NCBI GenBank assembly: GCA_048213135.1
Contig: PS015129.1
Location: 121,898 to 185,897 of the forward strand
Direction: 5' to 3'
From: Reclinomonas americana ATCC 50394
Lineage: Eukaryota
DNA: 64,000 nucleotides
Below are positions 56,809-64,000 of the stretch, piece after piece. The notes beneath the pieces were generated by a model, which worked only from the letters and a program-made list of their open reading frames with translations, searched no databases and had not been told where the DNA came from. The translations under genes and the position numbers were made by a program. How positions within the stretch are numbered: position 1 is the stretch's first letter; the number at the start of each line of letters is the position of its first letter.

Positions 56809-59800
56809 TCAGTAGCCAGCCGCTTCACCTCTGCGCACAACACAAGCGACGGTGAAACACGTGTCGACCAGCCAGCCACCTGCGAGGAGGAGCATGACAC
56901 GACGCAACAGCTTGCGAATATCACTAAACGCCGACAGCCGATTCTTCGTGTTGACAATGGCTTGCACGTTGCCAATGGAGTGACCGTCGGCCAGCGGCTT
57001 GGTCATCACCTCGACCTGCGTTCTGCGCGTGAGCATAAACAATAACAGGCTGCGATACCTAACCGCACACGCACCACATGGCCTCGTCGCTGCAAGTCCT
57101 CTACATACTCTTCGGGGAACACCTTCTCCACCACCACGAGATGCGGAATCAGCTGGTGATGGAAGCGCGGTCGCACAATGGCGCTCATCGGGTCCATCTT
57201 GAGGGAGAGGATGCCGAGGAGTACCTGCGTGGAGATAAGGCCACGTGAGAAAGTGGGCAAGAGATACAGAGAGAGAGAGNNNNNNNNNNNNNNNNNNNNN
57301 NNNNNNNNNNNNNNNNNNNNNNNNNNNNNNNNNNNNNNNNNNNNNNNNNNNNNNNNNNNNNNNNNNNNNNNNNNNNNNNNNNNNNNNNNNNNNNNNNNNN
57401 NNNNNNNNNNNNNNNNNNNNNNNNNNNNNNNNNNNNNNNNNNNNNGTGCACGTGTGTTAGACAACAAGCAATACAAGAAACTACACTGCGCTGTGATGTG
57501 TGCTGCTCACCGCCAATGACCAGCTGCGGCACGCCTTCGGCCAAGAAAATTGTCGGGCACATGGACGACAGAGGTCGCTTGCCGGGCGCTGCAATAACTT
57601 CAGATATACAACACCTTCACAGCAGAGCACCAAACATCCACACACATACCAATCTCATTCGCCTTGGACGGCGGCAGACCAAATCCGTTGGACTTGCCCG
57701 GCGCCACCGTGAAATCGTTCATCTGGTCGTTCAGCACAATGCCGGTGCGCGAGGACACGATCTTGCTGCCAAAGGAGAAGTTGACCTGTGGCGGATGTTG
57801 AGGAAAGGGCAGTACATGCAAGCGACCTGTGTATGGGGACGCACAGTTGTCGTCATGGCCACGGCGTTGCGGTCCGAGTCGATAATGGAAAAATGCGATG
57901 TGCCGTGGTCCTCGGTCGTTGAGATTTTCGTGATGTAGTGGTCGACGGGGAAGGTGGTTTTCTGCGCATTAATCGAAAGGTGAGACGCACGGGCAACGAC
58001 GGAAAGCTGTGGAAAGAGCGAAGAAATCACCATGCTGATGCCGCGGCGAAGCTGGTCGGCAAAGTGCTTGTCGACAGCACGACGGAGGACCTCGGTGACG
58101 TCTACAAAATCGGGATCGCCCTGCACGATGTAGAGGATAGAGATGAAGATGCATGGAGGCGTGAAGAGAGCATGTCCAGCTCGACGCACCAGCAGCATGC
58201 GCTCCGCAAACGCGAACTTCATGGTCTCCACAATCACATGGATGGCATCCGTGATCGCCATGTCGCGGAGCTCGAACCGCTCGAGCATGTTCAGGGCCAG
58301 ACTCATCCACGCTCCGCCTGCCGTCCAAAGAGGAGATGAGAGATGTCAGATCAATGAGGGCGGGGAAGGGAGTGAGGGAGAGGGAGAGGGAGAGGGAGAG
58401 TGAAAGGGAGGGCGAAGGGGAAGACGTTTCCAGTTGCCTTCCTTCCAAGCCGCTCTTTGTACGTATTTACACCTCCACAATCACGTCGCACTCACCCGAT
58501 GACGGAGGCGGCATCATGAGAACCTCCATGCCGCGATAGAAGGTGGTCACTGGAGTGGTGACCTGCGTATCCGCCGCGTCAGATGCATACAACAACACTC
58601 TTTTCTCCGTCTCTACGCAACTCGCGTGGTATACGATTGCAGATCCTCGGCCTTCCAGGGTGACTGGAAGTCGGCCATGTCTGCCAGTAGATCGCGACCC
58701 ACGTCGCCCTGCGTCATGCGCGGTGAGTCACCGGCTCCCGTGACGAAAATCAAATAAAAATCGATACTCACGTGATAATACACGTCGGCGCCTCCCACGG
58801 CAATCTTGCTCAGCGTGGCACCCAGTTTCGGGCGTCGGAAGTAATCCCCTGTGGAGACACACAGTTCACGCGTGACACTCCACAGGCGCGTATATGAACA
58901 TTGTGAACGACAAACCCTGCTGGATCAGACGGCCGTCGATGCTGAATTCGTTAAAGAGGCTCGGGCTCGCACGAATGGCAGTCTCCACACTCTACAAACA
59001 TTCTCGGGCGATGAGACACAAAGGCGAGCGAACTGAAACAACAGCTGCGAGCGCAGACCTTGATGCGCAAGTCCAGCAGCTCATGCACCACGAATCCGTT
59101 GGTGGCCAGATCTGCCACTGGCTGCACCTGTTCTCGGTATCGCAAGTCGGAGTCAGCGGGATGGAATCATTGGCAAGCTCAACATCGAATGTGACGGGAT
59201 TACCAGATCCGCCCACGGAAGCCGACCGTGCAACTGGTGTGCCGTCCACAGGCCGGACACTTCACCTGCGTGCGCGACAAATTGCGTCCATCAGCATGCG
59301 GCAAGAAATATAACATGATCCCCCCACTCACCGGGAATGGCGGCGGCGCGCGGACCCGTCATGGACTCGTTCTCTCGGCCAATGTACATGTCGGCGGTGG
59401 AGTTGCTGGGTGCCATTTCTCTGAAATCCAGCGCCGTTCGTGTACCATTCGCCATGTGGACGCTGCGCAGACAAGAGAGCTCAGCGACAGGTTGCCGAGA
59501 AAGGGAGAGACAGCAGGGTATGGAGACGCAACACCATAAAGCCACCGCCCCCAATGCCCGAGGCGAAGGGATTCAGCACGCCCAGACACAAGGCGGAGGT
59601 AACAGCGGCGTCAACAGCATTGCCGCCGCGCTTCAACACACTGGCACCCATTTGCGAGCAGGTCGGCTGGTCCGTGGCCACGGCGCCATTGGCAGCCAGC
59701 AGCGCCGCTGAAACCCCAGCAAGTCAGCCGCGAAGAGAAGAAATAGAAGAAAGAGAAAACAAACAACGACGCAACATTGCGGAACAGTGTGCAACGCAAT

Positions 59801-60796
59801 GCCCAGCACCGTCAGCATCAACACCGACGTGACGGCGACCACGGAGAGCGTCCATCGATTCTGTGTGCCATCGCGCGAACAAGTGAGAAGGAAAGAGAGG
59901 AATGAGACGAGGCCGCCGACAGGGGGAAACAGACGAAAGAGACACTGCAAAGAGACAACAAAGGTGGTACAAGGGGTGTAAAAGAAGGGGAAAGAGAACC
60001 AACAGGAATAGAGCAGCAGAGGGAGAGAAGATAAAGAAAGGGAGAAGACAGACAGCGCAAGAGACAAACGAAGGCGACAATGAGCACACGACAGGAGAAA
60101 GAGACGCTGCAAAGAGACAAAGGAGATGACAAGGGATGCAATGGCAGGGAGCTGCAATAGAGCAGCAGAGGGGAGAAGAGGAGGAAAAGAAAAAGAAGAC
60201 AGTGCGATAGACAAGAAAGGCGGTAACAAACGGGCGCAAAAGGAGGGAAAGAGACAAACGAAGGCGACGCGAAAGGAAGGAGAGAGACGCTGCAAAGAGA
60301 CAAGAAAGGAGATGACAAGGGATGCAATGGCAGGGAGCTGCAATAGAGCAGCAGAAGGGGAGAAGAGGAGGAAAAGAAAAAGAAGAAAGACAGTGCAGAC
60401 AAGGGGGAGAACATGAAGAAAGACAAGACACCAAGCCAAGTACAAAAGAGAGAGAGACAAGAGGCGGGCAAGCTGCGCACTTACCCTCATCCACCACCGC
60501 GGATCCCGTCGCTTCATCACCATGGCCGCACTGGACAACGAACCACCCACTCCTCCCTCTCCACCGTCACCACCGCCACCTCCTCCTCCTCCACTACCAT
60601 TATCCCCATTGTTTCCACCACTTCCACTACCACCACCACCACCACGCTCCAGGGGAATAAGATCACTCGAGACTGCGTGATCGTCGCCAGTGACATCGTC
60701 GTCGTCGAGTGCGTGGCCGCTGTGAATGGCGCCTCCGCCACTGATCACTCGCGGTGGAGAGGCGGATGAGGAGCCGAGAAGACTGAAGCTGTCCAT
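56809..60796 (-). CDS. GGT: Gamma-glutamyltranspeptidase, type II membrane-anchored
   Basis: GAVATD, GGNAVDAA, ASGIGGGGFM, DFREMAP, catalytic Thr in DHGTSHFSIID, LNDQMNDF, PGKRPLSSMCP and PRFHHQL. N-terminal signal anchor. Gap 57280-57445. Confidence 0.95.
59939..60395. repeat. Degenerate tandem repeat (about 160-185 bp units, about 3 copies) in GGT intron 1
   Basis: GAGACRCTGCAAAGAGACAA at about 59939, 60101 and 60284. The block GGAGATGACAAGGGATGCAATGGCAGGGAGCTGCAATAGAGCAGCAG is identical in two copies. Confidence 0.85.
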
Positions 60797-61320
60797 TGTG
60801 CATGCACGAGTGAGTGAGTGAGAGAGAGTGAGAGAGAGAAGAGTGTTTTGTGCGAGGCTGTGTTCGGGAATGCGGCGTTTTCGCGCGTCTGCACTGCGTC
60901 CGCTCTCTTTCTCTCTGCTGTTGTGTGTGCGTGTGTGCGTGTGTGTGTCGCACCTGCCCGGTCGCCTGTCTTGTAGCGACTGGTGCACTCGTGACATTGC
61001 GCCCATTTCAATGTCGGTTGGCGATGCGCTTATGGCTGCTGCTGCTGCTGCGGAGTCTGCTGCACGACGCATCTCACTCTCTTCTTTGCTCTGCCTCTCC
61101 GGGGGTTCACTCCGACCGACAACGCGCTTTTCATTTGACGAAATGGACGTCTGCATGCATTGCACACACACACGCACACACAATGTAGACTCACGATGTG
61201 CACACACACATGCAGAGAGAGGAGAAAGAGAGAGGAAAGACACAGAGCAAAGAAAACGCGAGAGAGGTTTAGAAAATAAAGAGGAAAAACACCAGAGAAC
61301 AAAAAAAGGGGAGAGGTGGA

Positions 61321-62450
61321 TTAGACGCGCGTCGGCGCTGCCGAGACCACCTCGATCTTCTTCTCGTGGTGCCAGCCGATCATGGCTTCGTAGGTGAGGG
61401 AGCCGACAAAGCCGCCAATCATTGGCGCAATCACCGGCACCCACCACCAGTTGTTGCCGGCGGTGAAGACGTCGCCACCCCAGCCGGCAATGGCCGAGAA
61501 GAGGCGCGGCGAGAAGTCACGAGCCGGGTTCACCGGGAAACCGCAGTTGAAGCCGAAGGCGCAGGCGATGATGGTCAGCAGCGCGGCCACGTGCACCGGA
61601 GCAGAGTCGTCACGCAGACCGGCGTTGCGGCGATCGGAAATGGCAAACACGCCGCCCGTCAGCAGCGCCGTGCCAATGACCTGATCGAAGAAGCCAGTCA
61701 CGAGGCCGATCGAGGGGTGCGGGTACGAGGCGAAGATGCCTGCCGAGGCGACCGTGCGGCCACCATTGTTGTTCTCCCAGTCGCCAATGGCGTCGGCGTA
61801 CACTCCGTAGACGGCTGCGGCACCAATGAACGCACCGAGGAACTGTGCGCCCACGTAGACGGGCACACGTCGCCAGGTGGTACGACGATGCAGCGCAAAG
61901 GTGACGGTGACAGCGGGGTTCAAGTGGGCTCCAGAGACACCAGCACAGGCGACCATACCCGTCATGACAGCGAGACCCCAACCAATGTGCACGTCGATCG
62001 AACCTGGCCGCAAAACNNNNNNNNNNNNNNNNNNNNNNNNNNNNNNNNNNNNNNNNNNNNNNNNNNNNNNNNNNNNNNNNNNNNNNNNNNNNNNNNNNNN
62101 NNNNNNNNNNNNNNNNNNNNNNNNNNNNNNNNNNNNNNNNNNNNNNNNNNNNNNNNNNNNNNNNNNNNNNNNNNNNNNNNNNNNNNNNNNNNNNNNNNNN
62201 NNNNNNNNNNNNNNNNNNNNNNNNNNNNNNNNNNNNNNNNNNNNNNNNNNNNNNNNNNNNNNNNNNNNNNNNNNNNNNNNNNNNNNNNNNNNNNNNNNNN
62301 NNNNNNNNNNNNNNNNNNNNNNNNNNNNNNNNNNNNNNNNNNNNNNNNNNNNNNNNNNNNNNNNNNNNNNNNNNNNNNNNNNNNNNNNNNNNNNNNNNNN
62401 NNNNNNNNNNNNNNNNNNNGGGGGGGGAGGGCAATAGTTTTGGGTTTCAT
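61321..62450 (-). CDS. Aquaglyceroporin (GlpF/AQP3-like MIP channel)
   Basis: SGAHLNPAVT and PVNPARDFSPR (Asp after the second NPA), AGIFASYP, WWWVPVIAP. The N-terminus is in gap 62017-62419, so the start is uncertain. Confidence 0.92.
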
Positions 62451-63185
62451 GATACGATACCGGCGCGCAACACACACGCGCACTTGGACGAGACACAGTG
62501 ACGGAGGAGGAGGACGGTGACACACGCAGCACACGCACACACAGCAGACACACGCAGCGAGCGAGCGAGAGAACACACCAAAAGAGTTCAAATTTCTCAA
62601 ACACAAAATGCACACACAGGCTCACACAGACGCACAATCGCCAGCAGCGCACGCTCTCCACAGACACGCGCACGCGCTCATAACACAGGCACGCACGCAC
62701 ACGCGCATGAAAGATGCAACATCACTTTACGTCCATCTATCGCACACAAGCTTGAGAGAGAGAGAGAGCACTGTCAATCACGCGCACACACACACTCACT
62801 CACAGGCACACACGCCACACACACACACACGCACGCAGAGTATGAGTTGAACACTTACAATTTGCCGACACTCACTCTCTCAGATGCGCACAACAAACAA
62901 ACAAACAACCCAATTCCACGTCACTCACACAAAGACACTCTCCCACTCACACAGACACACACACACAGAGAGAGAGAAAGCACGCAAGTGTGTGTGCGCG
63001 TGCAAGCACGTGTGACGCAGTGCATCAGATGCATGCAAAATGCACTTTTTTCTCTTTTCCAAACACACGTGCACACACTCGCTCTCTGCGTGACTCACCG
63101 CGATCCAACAACAACACACGCACACACAAAAGAGTGGAAAAAAGTAAGGAGGGTTACGCAGCTGCGATTTGGGTAACCCGCAGTC

Positions 63186-63200
63186 ATGGTAAGTCGTGCA

Positions 63201-63262
<62 letters not shown>

Positions 63263-64000
63263 ACACACACACACTCACACACACACACACACTCATTCAC
63301 ACACTCCCTCTCTCTCAGTTTGGCCTTGTTGCCAGCGTGTGGGACGCGCTATTCTCCTCTCCCTCGTTCACTGTGCTGCTGGTTGGCATGGACGGTGTGG
63401 GCAAGACGGTGAGCAGTCGTGCATTGCACTGCATTTTCGTTCACTTTATTTTCTCAATTTACAATCAAAAGACCTTGCTGGAGAAGAACCTCGTGGCAAG
63501 TGGAGCTCGACGAGCGCGGATTGCACCAACTGTTGGACTCAATGGTGTGTCTCCTGCTGCTGCTGCTGCTGTTGTCGGTTTCCTGACACGTGGTTCAGTG
63601 CGCAAGGTGCTGGTGGGCGGCTGTGAGCTGCTTGTGTGGGACCTGGGCGGTGCCGGTTGCGTCTTGCGTGCCGCTGATGTGCCCTTGTTGCTTCTTGCTT
63701 ATCACTCAGTGTTTGCCCTCCAGGCGGTCTGCGTCGTCTGTGGCGCGAGTACTGTGATGAAGTGCACGCAGTTGTCTTTGTGGTTGGGGCGCGCGATGTG
63801 GTCTCGGAAGAACGGTGGCGCGATACGTTGATGGAGCTGCGCTCGCTGGCGGGTGCGTGGGGCGGACAAGTGACGTGTGTGTGCACTCCATGTGGTGGCT
63901 GATGAGTGTTTTCGCAGCTGCGCCGTCTCTCGTCAATGCGCACTTGTTGGTGTTGTGCAATCGTTGGGCCGACGAGCACGATCAGGAGGAAGGTGAGCCT
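63186..64000 (+). CDS. Arf-family small GTPase, ARFRP1-like, divergent (3' truncated by the window)
   Basis: ATG-only first exon, then MFGLVASVWDALF, GMDGVGKT|T, IAPTVGLN, VWDLGGA|GGLRRLW and LLVLCNRW. Confidence 0.8.
63204..63300. repeat. (CA)n microsatellite in the first intron of the GTPase gene
   Basis: Long, slightly imperfect CA run. Confidence 0.95.

Noticed and set aside
59633-61447. 604-aa multi-TM ORF
   Set aside because: Read-through of the GGT 5' region and a pyrimidine-rich repeat intron. The hydrophobicity is compositional.
1-64000. Prokaryotic operons, CRISPR arrays, rRNA/tRNA genes, transposases
   Set aside because: The genes are spliceosomal-intron-rich. I saw no repeat-spacer array, rRNA, tRNA cloverleaf with T/D-loop consensus, or transposase/RT motifs.

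Overview
Gene-dense, GC-rich nuclear DNA from an intron-rich eukaryote, probably a heterotrophic protist (taxon not determinable here). It is a draft scaffold with 7 N-gaps and many (CA)n/(GA)n tracts. Manual GT-AG splicing gives about 19 genes: a two-zinc-finger chromatin protein, an EF-hand protein, a membrane protein, an RGG-LRR-like-PIN nuclease, a secreted EGF-repeat protein, two tandem secreted methyltransferases, a homeobox gene with Glu50, a UBZ-pseudokinase-EEP fusion, two tandem GT77-like glycosyltransferases, two giant NHL-repeat polycystin-1-like paralogues arranged tail-to-tail, a mitochondrion-targeted bacterial-type Fe-S oxidoreductase (RFO/GlpC-like), gamma-glutamyltranspeptidase, an aquaglyceroporin, a divergent ARFRP1-like GTPase and two hypotheticals. 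Main observations: (1) a frequent GTTGCG(T)/GTTGAGT 5' splice-site class; (2) a channel-less polycystin-like receptor pair whose stop codons overlap, which also exposes an inverted 0.7-kb contig; (3) the mitochondrial RFO; (4) several unusual domain fusions. All gene models and family calls are by eye, with no database searches, so exon boundaries are provisional.
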